From Collinsella sp. (GTDB lineage: Bacteria > Actinomycetota > Coriobacteriia > Coriobacteriales > Coriobacteriaceae), in NCBI GenBank assembly GCA_019419425.1, contig DXZZ01000002.1, positions 5,526 through 69,525 of the forward strand: a stretch of DNA of 64,000 bases, written 5' to 3'. The notes beneath the pieces are model-generated. The model did no database searches, had not been told where the DNA came from, and was given only the letters and a program-made list of their open reading frames with translations. Made by a program: the position numbers and the translations under genes. How positions within the stretch are numbered: the stretch's first letter is position 1; each line of letters begins with the position of its first letter. Shown one piece after another: positions 47,212-57,396 of the stretch.

Positions 47212-48612
47212 ATGGCTCAGTATCAGCTGCCCCGTGACTTCTTCTTTGGCGCCGCTATGTCCGGCCCGCAGACTGAGGGTCAGTGGAACCAGGGCGGCAA
47301 GCTCGAGAACCTGTGGGACACCTGGTCCATCCAGGATCTGGGTTCGTTTTACAACTGCGTTGGCTCTTATGCCGGCAATGACTTTATGGCCAAGTACCAG
47401 GAAGACTTTCGCATTTTGAAGGACTTGGGCCTGAATACCTATCGCACTTCCATCCAGTGGAGCCGTCTGCTCGATGCCGACGGCAACCTCAACGAGGAGG
47501 GTGCTGCGTGGTATCACGAGCTGTTCCGCGCCTCTCGCGAGGCCGGCCTGGAGCCGTTTGTCAACTTGTACCACTTTGACATGCCCACCTACCTCTTTAA
47601 CCGTGGCGGCTGGGAGAGCCGCGAGGTCGTCGAGGCTTACGCGCATTACGCCGACATCGCCTTCCACGAGTTTGGCCAGGAGATTAAGTACTGGTTTACC
47701 TTTAACGAGCCCATCGTCGAGCCCGAGCAGCGCTATCAGGAGGGCGTGTGGTTCCCGCAGCTCCACGACTTCAACCGCGCTCGCACCGTGCAGTATCACA
47801 TCTCGCTGGCACATGCGCTGGCCGTGGCCAACTATCGTCGCGCCTATGACGAGGGCGCTATTCGCGCCGATGCCAAGATCGGCATGATCAACTGCTTTAC
47901 CCCGGTTTACACCAAGCAGAATCCCAGCGAGGCAGACCTCGAGGCCGTGCGTATGACCAGCGGCATCAACAATCGCTGGTGGCTCGACCTTATTACCAAG
48001 GGCGAGCTTCCTGCCGACGTGCTCGACAGCCTGGCCGAGGGCGGCGTTAAGCTCCCGTTCCGTGCCGGCGACCAAGAGATTCTCAAGCAGGGTGTTGTCG
48101 ACTGGCTCGGCTGCAACTACTACCACCCCACGCGTGTTCAGGCGCCGGCGAGCAAGGTCGACCAGTACGGCCTGCCGCACTTTGCCGACGAGTACGTATG
48201 GCCCGACGCCGTTATGAACGAGAGCCGTGGCTGGGAGATCTACCCGCAGGGCCTCTACGACTTTGGCATGGACTGTGCTAAGAACTACCCCGATCTTGAG
48301 TGGTTCGTTTCCGAGAACGGCATCGGCATCATGGACGAATACAAGAACCGTGACGCCGAAGGAACCATCCAGGATGACTACCGCGTCGACTTTGTACGTC
48401 AGCACCTGGAGTGGGTGGCCAAGGCAATTGCCGAGGGCGCCAAGTGCCGCGGATACCATTACTGGGCCGTCATCGATAACTGGTCTTGGGCGAATGCCTT
48501 TAAGAACCGTTACGGTTTTGTCGAGGTCGACCTTATGGACGGCTATAAGCGCCGCCTTAAGAAGTCGGCGGCCTGGCTCAAACAGGTCGCCACAACCCAC
48601 GTGGTTGATTAG
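47212..48612 (+). CDS. GH1 6-phospho-beta-glycosidase (GmuD-like)
   Basis: YRTSIQWSR, TFNEP, VSENG, DNWSWANAFKNRYG. Confidence 0.94.
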   Translation: MAQYQLPRDFFFGAAMSGPQTEGQWNQGGKLENLWDTWSIQDLGSFYNCVGSYAGNDFMAKYQEDFRILKDLGLNTYRTSIQWSRLLDADGNLNEEGAAWYHELFRASREAGLEPFVNLYHFDMPTYLFNRGGWESREVVEAYAHYADIAFHEFGQEIKYWFTFNEPIVEPEQRYQEGVWFPQLHDFNRARTVQYHISLAHALAVANYRRAYDEGAIRADAKIGMINCFTPVYTKQNPSEADLEAVRMTSGINNRWWLDLITKGELPADVLDSLAEGGVKLPFRAGDQEILKQGVVDWLGCNYYHPTRVQAPASKVDQYGLPHFADEYVWPDAVMNESRGWEIYPQGLYDFGMDCAKNYPDLEWFVSENGIGIMDEYKNRDAEGTIQDDYRVDFVRQHLEWVAKAIAEGAKCRGYHYWAVIDNWSWANAFKNRYGFVEVDLMDGYKRRLKKSAAWLKQVATTHVVD

Positions 48613-48732
48613 CGACCGGGCGAACGCCCAGACCGCGCGCTGCCGCGCGCAACACATGGCACATCTGGTGGCAGAGGGCGACAGGCCACCGTGCGCATAG
48701 GAAAAGGCCGGATTTGAAAGTTAGGAGCAATC

Positions 48733-50076
48733 ATGGCCAGTGACAACGGAAAGAGCTTCCTCGACAAGTTTGCCGAGGTCTCTGCGAAGGTGGGAAACCA
48801 GGTTCACCTGCGTTCCCTGCGTGACGCCTTCGCGACCATCACGCCGCTCTATATCCTTGCGGGTATCGCGGTTCTTATCAACAACGTCGTGTTCCCTCTG
48901 TTCCCGCTCGATGCGGCGGGTCTTGCCAATCTTCAGACGTGGGGTTCGGCAATTACGCTGGGCACCCTCAACGTCTCTGCAATTATCTTGGCCGGATTGA
49001 TTGGCTACAGCCTCGCTAAGAACAAGCGTTTCGATAACCCGCTCGCTTGCGTGGTCGTCGCTATCTCTGCTTTCGTCATCATGATGCCGCAGCAGATCAC
49101 CGCCACGCTTGCCGCCACGAGCCCGCTGCTCACCGACAAGATCACCTCCGCCGAGGTCACGGGCGCCCTTTCGACCGCCAACACCGGCACCAACGGTCTG
49201 TTCTCGGCTATTATCATCGCCCTGCTTTCCGTCTCGCTCTTCATCAAGATTTCTGGCATCGAGAAGCTCAAGGTTAAGCTGGGCGAGGGCGTGCCCCCCG
49301 CGGTTTCCAACTCCTTCAACGTCATGATCCCGATGCTGCTCAACCTCTCGGTCTTCGCTCTTGCCGCAGCTCTGCTCGCCGTATGCGCCGGCACCGATCT
49401 GTGCGCCATCATCTCCACGTGCATCTCCAACCCGCTCAAGAGCATCATGAACGCCGGTCCGTGGGCTGTTATCCTCATCTACACCCTTGCTAACCTGCTG
49501 TTCTGCGTCGGTATTCACCAGTCCACCATCTCTGGCGCTACCGTCGAGCCGATCCTAACCATGCTCATCGTCGACAACATGGCTACCTTTGCCGCCGGTG
49601 GCACCATCCAGCCCGATCACTACATGAACATGCAGATCGTTAACAGCTTCGCCCTCATCGGCGGCTCGGGCTGCACCCTCATGCTCCTGCTCGACACGCT
49701 CCTGTTCTCCAAGAACAAGGCTTCCGAGACCGTTTCCAAGATGGCTATCCTGCCTGGTCTGTTCAACATCAACGAGCCGGTTATCTACGGTTACCCCATC
49801 GTGTACAACCTGCCGCTCATGATCCCGTTCGTCCTCCTTCCCGACCTGTTCATCGGCATCACCTATGGCCTTACCTGCGCAGGCATCATCAGCCCCTGCA
49901 TCGCCCAGGTGCCCTGGACTATGCCTCCCGTCATCAATGCCCTGCTCGCTACGGGCTTTGACTGGCGCGCCGGCGTGTGGCAGGCTCTCGAGATTGTCAT
50001 TGGCATGGCCGTCTACCTGCCCTTTATGAAGATTTCCGAGAAGGCAATCGCCAAGCAGGAGGCTCTCGCCGAGTAG
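48733..50076 (+). CDS. PTS lactose/cellobiose-family EIIC
   Basis: LRDAF, GGSGCT, PGLFNINEPVIYGYPIVYN, PWTMP. Confidence 0.94.
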   Translation: MASDNGKSFLDKFAEVSAKVGNQVHLRSLRDAFATITPLYILAGIAVLINNVVFPLFPLDAAGLANLQTWGSAITLGTLNVSAIILAGLIGYSLAKNKRFDNPLACVVVAISAFVIMMPQQITATLAATSPLLTDKITSAEVTGALSTANTGTNGLFSAIIIALLSVSLFIKISGIEKLKVKLGEGVPPAVSNSFNVMIPMLLNLSVFALAAALLAVCAGTDLCAIISTCISNPLKSIMNAGPWAVILIYTLANLLFCVGIHQSTISGATVEPILTMLIVDNMATFAAGGTIQPDHYMNMQIVNSFALIGGSGCTLMLLLDTLLFSKNKASETVSKMAILPGLFNINEPVIYGYPIVYNLPLMIPFVLLPDLFIGITYGLTCAGIISPCIAQVPWTMPPVINALLATGFDWRAGVWQALEIVIGMAVYLPFMKISEKAIAKQEALAE

Positions 50077-50236
50077 AACGCCTAACGTTCGTCCCTTTCA
50101 CCGTTGCGGGCACCGGTACACGGTGCCGGTGCCCGCGGCTCTCTCCCTTGTGTAAAGATGCAGGGGGTGGGCACAATAGCCGCAAGGAATAAAACCAGTC
50201 GTCGTCTGCGCGCCGCGCAGTTATAAGGAGGAAACC

Positions 50237-50539
50237 ATGAAGAAGATCATGCTCTGCTGCAATGCCGGTATGTCCACGAGCCTGCTGGTCCAGAAGATGC
50301 AGGCCGAGGTTGCAAACCGTGGTCTGGATATTGAGGTCGAGGCTCGTCCCATGAACGAGGCCCACGATCACCTGGGCGAGTGCGACATGTTGCTGCTTGG
50401 CCCGCAGATCGGCTACACCAAGGGCGATTTTGAGAAGGAGGCCGCCGGTCGTTTCCCGGTCGAGGTCATCAACATGGTCGACTACGGCCGCATGAACGCT
50501 GCCGGCATCATCGACCACTGCGTCAGCGTGATGGGCTAG
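50237..50539 (+). CDS. PTS lactose/cellobiose-family EIIB
   Basis: LCCNAGMSTSLLV, LLGPQ, DYGRMN. Confidence 0.94.
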   Translation: MKKIMLCCNAGMSTSLLVQKMQAEVANRGLDIEVEARPMNEAHDHLGECDMLLLGPQIGYTKGDFEKEAAGRFPVEVINMVDYGRMNAAGIIDHCVSVMG

Positions 50540-50548
50540 GTGCTCCGC

Positions 50549-50881
50549 ATGGAGGATATGAACGAACTGCAGATGACCTGCTTTGAGATCATCAGCTACG
50601 TCGGTACCGCCAAGAGCATGTACATCAATGCCGTGCAAAAGGCCAAGGAGGGCGATTTTGACGCCGCCGAGGAGCTTATCAAGCAGGGCGACGAGGCCTA
50701 TAACGGTGGCCACGATGTTCACATGGGGCTTCTGAAGAAGGAGGCCAACGGCGAGCGTAACGGCGAGGCCCCGTTGATTCTGCTGCATGCCGAGGACCAG
50801 ATGGCCGGTACCGAGACCATGCGCGTCATGGCGACGGAGCTCATCGAGATCCACAAGCAGCTGCAGGCACTTCAGGCCTAG
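50549..50881 (+). CDS. PTS lactose/cellobiose-family EIIA
   Basis: GTAKS, LILLHAEDQ. Confidence 0.93.
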   Translation: MEDMNELQMTCFEIISYVGTAKSMYINAVQKAKEGDFDAAEELIKQGDEAYNGGHDVHMGLLKKEANGERNGEAPLILLHAEDQMAGTETMRVMATELIEIHKQLQALQA

Positions 50882-51122
50882 TCGGCGTTATCGCCGCGAT
50901 GGACCGTGCGGTCCAACAGACAACACAGTTCCTTTGACGGGCGCCGGGAGTCTCCGCCTCCCGGCGCCTTTATATTTGGGGAAGGTCTTGCGCGATCTAT
51001 TGAGTGACCATTCGCGCTTCCCCAGATAAAACCTGCCAAAACAAACCTGCCCCTTTTTGGCAGGTTTTTGCCTTGGGAGCGGTACCATACAGGCAATGTT
51101 TAAACGAGAAAGGCGGGCTCCC

Positions 51123-52076
51123 ATGGAACCTAAGCAGTATTACATCGGCATCGACGTCGGCGGTACCTCGGTCAAGGAGGGTCTGTTTGATGAGGACGGA
51201 AACCTGCTTGCCAAGGCCAGCGTGCCTACGCCTCCTATCGTTGACGCTGCGGGCTTTGCCGCGGTGACCGAGGCTATCGACCAGGTGGTCGCCAAGGCGC
51301 AGATTCCGCGCGCCTTTGTGGCAGGCATTGGCCTGGCCGTTCCGTGCCCCATTCCGGCGTCGGGCGATGCCAAGGTCAAGGCCAACATTGCCATTAACCT
51401 GCCCAAGCTGAGGATCGCCATTCAGGAGCACTGTCCCGACGCGGTCGTTAAGTACGAGAACGATGCCAACGCCGCCGCTATGGGCGAGGCCTGGCTCGGT
51501 TCTGCCAGGGGCGTGCAGAACGTGGTGATGGTCACCATCGGTACCGGCGTGGGCGGCGGCGTTATCGTCAACGGTGACGTGGTATCGGGCGTTGTGGGTG
51601 CTGGCGGCGAGATTGGCCACATGTGCCTGAACCCGGCCGAGGAGCGCACCTGCGGCTGCGGCGGCCATGGCCACCTTGAGCAGTATTCCAGCGCCACCGG
51701 CGTGGTGAGCAACTACCTTGCCGAGTGCGAGAAAGCGGGCGTCGAGCCCATCGAGCTCACCGGTCCCTCTGATTCCAAGGACGTGTTCCAGGCCTGCCGC
51801 GAGGGCGACAAGCTTGCGCTGGCCGCGGCCGATACCATGGCCGACTATCTCGGTCGCGCACTGGCGCTTATTGCCAACGTGGTTGATCCCGAGATGTTCC
51901 TCATCGGCGGTGGCGCCTCCGCCTCGGCCGATGTCTACCTCGACAAGGCTCGCGAGTACTTCCAGCGCTACGCGCTCTCTGCCTCGCGCGAGACGCCCAT
52001 TAAGGTCGCTTCGCTCGGAAATGACGCCGGTATCATCGGTGCCGCCTACGTAGCCCTGCGCGCCGCCGGTAAATAG
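51123..52076 (+). CDS. ROK-family sugar kinase
   Basis: IGIDVGGT, ENDANAAAMGE, GTGVGGG, GEIGH, CGCG. Confidence 0.93.
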   Translation: MEPKQYYIGIDVGGTSVKEGLFDEDGNLLAKASVPTPPIVDAAGFAAVTEAIDQVVAKAQIPRAFVAGIGLAVPCPIPASGDAKVKANIAINLPKLRIAIQEHCPDAVVKYENDANAAAMGEAWLGSARGVQNVVMVTIGTGVGGGVIVNGDVVSGVVGAGGEIGHMCLNPAEERTCGCGGHGHLEQYSSATGVVSNYLAECEKAGVEPIELTGPSDSKDVFQACREGDKLALAAADTMADYLGRALALIANVVDPEMFLIGGGASASADVYLDKAREYFQRYALSASRETPIKVASLGNDAGIIGAAYVALRAAGK

Positions 52077-52244
52077 CTGGTGCAAGGGGGACAGGTTACT
52101 TTGCACCAACATGGTGCAAAAGGGACAGCCTTGGCCCCCGTGCCTGCGCCCCAAAATATACCGTGGCCCTTCCGTCTGCGAAGGCTCGGCATCGGCGTGC
52201 TACCATAGCTACGTCCAAGTACACATATCAAGTGGAGGATATCC

Positions 52245-53168
52245 ATGGCAAACGTTCTTGTCTTTGGTCACCAGAACCCCGATAACGACGCCATCATGAG
52301 CGCCGTCGTCCTGTCCCAGCTGCTCAACCAGGTTGAGTATGCCGGCAACACCTACGAGGCCTGCGCCCTGGGCCAACTTCCGGCCGAGTCCGCCAAGCTG
52401 CTCGCCGATGCCGGTATTGCCGAGCCCCGCGTGATCGATTCCGTCGAGGCCGGTCAGCTCGTCGTCCTCACCGACCACAACGAGTCCGCCCAGTCCGTCG
52501 CCGGCCTTAAGGACGCCACGGTCTTTGGCGTCGTCGACCATCACCGCATCGGCGACTTCGAGACTGCCGGCCCGCTGCACTACATCTGCCTGCCCTGGGG
52601 CTCCAGCTGCACCATCGTCACCAAGCTCGCCGGCGTGCTCGGCGTTGAGCTTTCCGACGTTCAGGCCAAGCTGCTGCTCTCGGCCATGATGACCGATACG
52701 CTCATGCTCAAGAGCCCCACCACCACCGATGTCGATCGTGCCGTCGCCGCCAAGCTCGGTGAGCAGGTGGGCGTCGACCCGGTCAAGTTTGGCATGGAAG
52801 TCTTCCTCACCCGCCCGTCCGGCTCCTTCACCGCAGCCGAGATGGTCGGCAACGACATCAAGATGTTCGAGCCCGCCGGCAAGAAGCTGCTCATCGGCCA
52901 GTACGAGACTGTCGACAAGACCCGCGCACTCGGCATGATCGACGAGATTCGCAAGGCCATGCGCGCCTACGCCGCCGAGAAAGGTGCCGACGGCATCGTC
53001 CTGTGCATCACTGACATCATGGAGGAGGGCTCGCAGGTCCTGCTCGAGGGCGAGACCGAGGCCGCTCAGAAGGGCCTGGGCATTGCCGACGAGCACGACG
53101 GCGTCTGGATGCCGGGCGTCCTCTCCCGTAAGAAGCAGGTCGCTGCCCCCATCATGGCCGCCTGCTAG
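52245..53168 (+). CDS. ppaC: manganese-dependent inorganic pyrophosphatase
   Basis: GHQNPDND, DHNE, DHH, KSPTTT, SRKKQ. Confidence 0.95.
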   Translation: MANVLVFGHQNPDNDAIMSAVVLSQLLNQVEYAGNTYEACALGQLPAESAKLLADAGIAEPRVIDSVEAGQLVVLTDHNESAQSVAGLKDATVFGVVDHHRIGDFETAGPLHYICLPWGSSCTIVTKLAGVLGVELSDVQAKLLLSAMMTDTLMLKSPTTTDVDRAVAAKLGEQVGVDPVKFGMEVFLTRPSGSFTAAEMVGNDIKMFEPAGKKLLIGQYETVDKTRALGMIDEIRKAMRAYAAEKGADGIVLCITDIMEEGSQVLLEGETEAAQKGLGIADEHDGVWMPGVLSRKKQVAAPIMAAC

Positions 53169-53187
53169 GTTTAGTTGACCAAACGCC

Positions 53188-53228
53188 ACGACCGGACCGC
53201 GGACGCCCCGCGCTCCGGTCGTTTTTTG
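53188..53228 (+). terminator. intrinsic terminator after ppaC
   Basis: GC-rich imperfect stem followed by TTTTTT. Confidence 0.65.
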
Positions 53229-53435
53229 TGCACGGCGCCGCGTCGTCTCTTGGATAGGTATGCCCGTGCCGTTGAACAAATAATGTTCAACCTGTGGTTC
53301 CGCTTTTCGGCCACGCCTGCGTGCTTGTCGTGCAGGGTAGGCTAGATGCAAGCGTAATACGTTAGAGCGCGGCGCCGCCACTTGGGCGGGCCGTGCTTTT
53401 TTAAGACGGGAGCTTTCCCGTGAAAGGAGCCGCCC

Positions 53436-54794
53436 ATGGCAGCAACTGAGCAGCTGTTCAACGTTCGTGAGCGCAAGCGCTTTGAACGTCACGACATCTG
53501 GGAGCGCATCGCCGAGAACGGCACGATTTCCGCCGCCGTCATGGTCTTCGCCGCCATCGCCGCCGTCATTTGCGCCAATACCGATGCCTACGAGGCCGTC
53601 CATCACTTTTTGGAGACCCCGCTGTATGTGGGTCTGGGAAACCTTACGGCCGGTCTCACCGTTGAGCTTTTCGTCAACGACTTCCTCATGGCGATTTTCT
53701 TTTTGTTGGTGGGCATTGAGCTTAAGTACGAGATGACGGTCGGCGAGCTCAAGAATCCGCGTCAGGCCATGCTTCCCATGCTGGCGGCCGTGGGCGGTGT
53801 CGTCGTTCCCGCCTGCATCTACCTGATCTTTAACCATGCCGGCGCGCACAACGGCTGGGCCATTCCCATGGCAACCGATATTGCCTTTGCGCTGGGCGTG
53901 CTGTCGCTTTTGGGCAACCGCGTGCCCAACGGCGTGCGCGTGTTCTTCTCGACGCTCGCCATCGCCGACGACCTGATCTCCATCGCCGCCATCGCCATCT
54001 TCTACGGTCAGAGCCCCAATCCGTTTTGGTTGGGCGCCGCCGCGCTTGTGACCTGCGCGCTCGTGTGGCTTAACAAGACGCAGCATTACCGCCTTGCCCC
54101 GTATTCGGTACTGGGGCTGCTGCTGTGGTTCTGCATGTTCAAGAGCGGCGTACATGCCACGCTTGCTGGCGTCATCTTGGCCTTTACCATCCCGGCCAAG
54201 TGTGGCGTCAAGCTCGATAGCCTCACCGATTGGCTGGGCGAGTGCCTGCCGCTGCTCGATGACCGCTACGATGATGAGGCACACATCCTGGGCCAGCATG
54301 ACTTTACCGTCTCGACAACCAAGGTCGAGCGCGTCATGCACCGCGTGACCCCGCCGCTTATCCGCATGGAGCGTCTGATCTCCACGCCGGTCAACTTTGT
54401 GATCCTGCCGATCTTTGCGTTCGTAAACGCTCAGGTTCGCTTAGTGGGCGTGGACATGAGCACGCTGCTCACCGACCCGGTGACGCTCGGCGTGTACTTT
54501 GGCATGCTGCTGGGCAAGCCGATCGGCATCTTTGGTATGACGTTTGCCCTGGTTAAGCTTAAGGCCTGCGAGCTGCCGCACAATGTCAACTGGCACATGA
54601 TTGCCGGCGTGGGCATTCTGGGCGGTATCGGCTTTACCATGTCGATTCTCATCAGCGGCCTTGCCTTCCCGACGGCCCAGTTTGAGGTTCTTGCAGCCAA
54701 GGCCGCTATTCTCGCCGGTTCGGTCACCGCAGCCGTGCTCGGCATGATCTACATGAGCGTGGTCTGCAAGCATCCCTCGCCCAAAGACGAGTAA
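53436..54794 (+). CDS. nhaA: Na+/H+ antiporter NhaA
   Basis: NDFLMAIFF, GWAIPMATDIAFALG, LAIADD, SGVHAT, GKPIGI, GIGFTMS. Confidence 0.95.
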   Translation: MAATEQLFNVRERKRFERHDIWERIAENGTISAAVMVFAAIAAVICANTDAYEAVHHFLETPLYVGLGNLTAGLTVELFVNDFLMAIFFLLVGIELKYEMTVGELKNPRQAMLPMLAAVGGVVVPACIYLIFNHAGAHNGWAIPMATDIAFALGVLSLLGNRVPNGVRVFFSTLAIADDLISIAAIAIFYGQSPNPFWLGAAALVTCALVWLNKTQHYRLAPYSVLGLLLWFCMFKSGVHATLAGVILAFTIPAKCGVKLDSLTDWLGECLPLLDDRYDDEAHILGQHDFTVSTTKVERVMHRVTPPLIRMERLISTPVNFVILPIFAFVNAQVRLVGVDMSTLLTDPVTLGVYFGMLLGKPIGIFGMTFALVKLKACELPHNVNWHMIAGVGILGGIGFTMSILISGLAFPTAQFEVLAAKAAILAGSVTAAVLGMIYMSVVCKHPSPKDE

Positions 54795-54878
54795 GAGCGC
54801 GAAAACCGGCTCCAGAACCGATTCGGGCGCGTTCAAAATGCGGATTCGGGCGGTGCTTGCCGCCTGCCAGACACGCCA

Positions 54879-55108
54879 GTGGTCAAAAAACGCCGTTTGT
54901 GAGTACTGTCACAAACGGCGTATCATTTTAGGTGCGGAAAATAATGAACAAAGTTATAAGAACTGTACGTTAATGAGTGACCATCGACTTCCAATTTGGC
55001 GCTAGCTGACGGTGATTAGGAAGTTTCAAGTCGAGTTTTGCCGATTTCGACCAAGAATCGCTGCTACTAAAAAGGTAACAGTACTCATATTTGCCCTTTT
55101 TTGGCCAC
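54879..55108. mobile_element. 230-bp MITE-like dispersed element, copy 2
   Basis: GTGGTCAAAAAA...TGAGTACTGT left end and ACAGTACTCA...TTTTTTGGCCAC right end; 39 bp identical to copy 1. Confidence 0.7.
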
Positions 55109-55167
55109 AAGCCCTAAAACAAGCCTCGCCAAGGTCGGGAAGCGGGCCAAATCGCCGGCCTCGAGGC

Positions 55168-55422
55168 TTATTCCACCGTTCCGTAGACGGCGCCCCAGCC
55201 GTGGGCGGCCAAGGCGGAGTTGAGCTGGTCGCAAAGTGACTGGCGGTCGTAGTAGCCGGGCGGCAAAAGGTTCACGATCTCCATGAGGTCGGGCGCCAGG
55301 TCCAAGATTTCGGCCTGTACGATCAGATCCAGGCGGTCGATGGCGTGGCGGTCGTAAAACAGTCCGTCGACCAGGCGCTGCAAGTCGCCGAATTCCTCGG
55401 CCTGAAACGATCCGTACTCCAT
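55168..55422 (-). CDS. small hypothetical protein
   Basis: RBS AAGGAGG before ATG 55422; 84 aa. Confidence 0.75.
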   Translation of the reverse strand: MEYGSFQAEEFGDLQRLVDGLFYDRHAIDRLDLIVQAEILDLAPDLMEIVNLLPPGYYDRQSLCDQLNSALAAHGWGAVYGTVE

Positions 55423-55572
55423 AGTGCCTCCTTGGGCGCCCCACGCCGGCATGCGCGGCGATTCGTAATTGATTGCGATGAACTTAATCTATCACGGCTT
55501 CATAACGTTGCGACGATGGCGGTCTATACTTAGACGAACTGCAACGTACCGCTTCGCGAAAGGTCGCACCCC

Positions 55573-56877
55573 ATGCAGACGATCTACCAGAAGATGGAAA
55601 CCACCGAACTCGATGCCGCCATCGAGGCGCTCAAAGCCGAGGTCGCCGAGGTCAAGGCCAAGGGCCTGGCGCTCGACATGGCCCGCGGCAAGCCGTCGCC
55701 CTCCCAGGTGGACATCTCTCGACCCATGCTCGATATCCTCAATGCCGATGCCGATCTGCACGACGGCAATGTCGACTGCTCCAACTACGGCTGCTTCGAG
55801 GGCATTCCCTCGGCTCGCAAGCTGGCAGGGGAGTTCCTGGGCTGCCCCGCCGAGCAGACGCTCGTGCTGGGCTCATCGAGCCTCCTGATCGAGCATGACA
55901 TCGCCGGCATGTTCTGGCGCTGCGGCTCGTGCGGCAGCGAGCCCTGGGATGCCTACGAGGCCGCGCACGACGGCAAGAAGGTCAAGTTCCTGTGCCCCGT
56001 CCCCGGCTACGACCGTCATTTTGGCATCACCACCGACCTGGGCATCGAGAACGTTCCCGTCGCGATGACCGACAACGGCCCCGATATGGACGAGATTGAG
56101 CGCCTCGTTGCCGCCGATGATTCCATCAAGGGTATCTGGTGCGTGCCCAAGTATTCCAACCCCACGGGCATCACCTTTAGCGAGGACACCGTGCGTCGCC
56201 TGGTCGAGATGCCCACGGCCGCGCCCGATTTTCGCATCTTCTGGGACAACGCCTACTGCATGCACGACCTGTACGACGAGACCGACGAGCTCGCAAACAT
56301 CTTTGACCTCGCTCGCGCGGCGGGCACCGAGGACCGTGTGGTGGCCTTTGCCTCGACGTCCAAGATCACCTTCCCGGGCGCCGGCATCGGCTTTATCGGT
56401 GCGAGCCCCGCGGTTATCGCGGAGTTCTCCAAGCGCCTGAAGGCTGGCCTCATCAGCGCCGACAAGCTCAACCAGCTGCGTCACGTGCGCTTCCTTCCCA
56501 CCATCGAGGCGGTTAAGGAGCACATGAAAAAGCATGCCGAGTTCCTGCGCCCGCGCTTTGAGGCCGTCGAGCGCAAGCTCACCGAGGGCCTGGGCGACAC
56601 GGGCTGCGCCACCTGGACGCACCCCCGCGGCGGCTACTTTGTAAGCTTCGATGGTCCCGAGGGCTCGGCCCAAAAGGTCGCCGCGCTTTGCGCCGACCTG
56701 GGCGTCAAGCTCACGCCGGCCGGTGCCACTTGGCCCTATGGCAAGGACCCGCGCGACACCAACATCCGCATCGCGCCGAGCTATCCCACGGTCGAGGACC
56801 TGGAGGCCGCGCTCGATGTGCTGGTGCTGGCCGTCAAGCTCGTCGCTGCCGAGCTCGCGCGTGCCGAGCGCGCCTAA
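55573..56877 (+). CDS. PLP-dependent aminotransferase class I/II
   Basis: LDMARGKP, PGYDRHF, PKYSNPTG, WDNAY, STSKIT, IRIAPS. Confidence 0.92.
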   Translation: MQTIYQKMETTELDAAIEALKAEVAEVKAKGLALDMARGKPSPSQVDISRPMLDILNADADLHDGNVDCSNYGCFEGIPSARKLAGEFLGCPAEQTLVLGSSSLLIEHDIAGMFWRCGSCGSEPWDAYEAAHDGKKVKFLCPVPGYDRHFGITTDLGIENVPVAMTDNGPDMDEIERLVAADDSIKGIWCVPKYSNPTGITFSEDTVRRLVEMPTAAPDFRIFWDNAYCMHDLYDETDELANIFDLARAAGTEDRVVAFASTSKITFPGAGIGFIGASPAVIAEFSKRLKAGLISADKLNQLRHVRFLPTIEAVKEHMKKHAEFLRPRFEAVERKLTEGLGDTGCATWTHPRGGYFVSFDGPEGSAQKVAALCADLGVKLTPAGATWPYGKDPRDTNIRIAPSYPTVEDLEAALDVLVLAVKLVAAELARAERA

Positions 56878-56928
56878 CGCGCGGCTTCTCGTACTATCCG
56901 CACTTTCGATACATAAAGGAGCGTATAC

Positions 56929-57243
56929 ATGGATTTGGGTATTTCCACCAACCCCACGCCGGAGCTCTACACCATCAAGGTGACCGGCGAAATCGATATC
57001 TCTAACGCCGACAGCCTGCGTAACGCCATCGACCTGGCGCTCGAGCAGCCCACCGAGGCCGTTGAGCTCGACTTTGCCCAGGTGAGCTATATCGATTCGA
57101 CGGGTATTGGCGTGCTCGTGGGCGCCGCGCACCACGCAGCCGATCACGGCAAGCGTTTTAGCTGCGTTAACGTGCAGCCTCCGGTGATGCGCGTGGTTCA
57201 GCTGCTGGGTGTCGACCAGGAGATTTCGATCACGGCCGCATAG
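56929..57243 (+). CDS. STAS-domain anti-sigma factor antagonist
   Basis: GEIDIS, YIDSTGIGVL. Confidence 0.9.
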   Translation: MDLGISTNPTPELYTIKVTGEIDISNADSLRNAIDLALEQPTEAVELDFAQVSYIDSTGIGVLVGAAHHAADHGKRFSCVNVQPPVMRVVQLLGVDQEISITAA

Positions 57244-57396
57244 GCCCTGCCCCAAAAGGGGCGTGCCGTTTGGCATATGTTTGTGATGCGCTCGGACGTT
57301 TTGGCGTCCGGGCGCTATACTTGACCGAATGAATAGACGAGTTCCGGCCGAATGGCGCGGTGCGGGCTCGACTCACATCGAGCCTTGGAGGTATGT

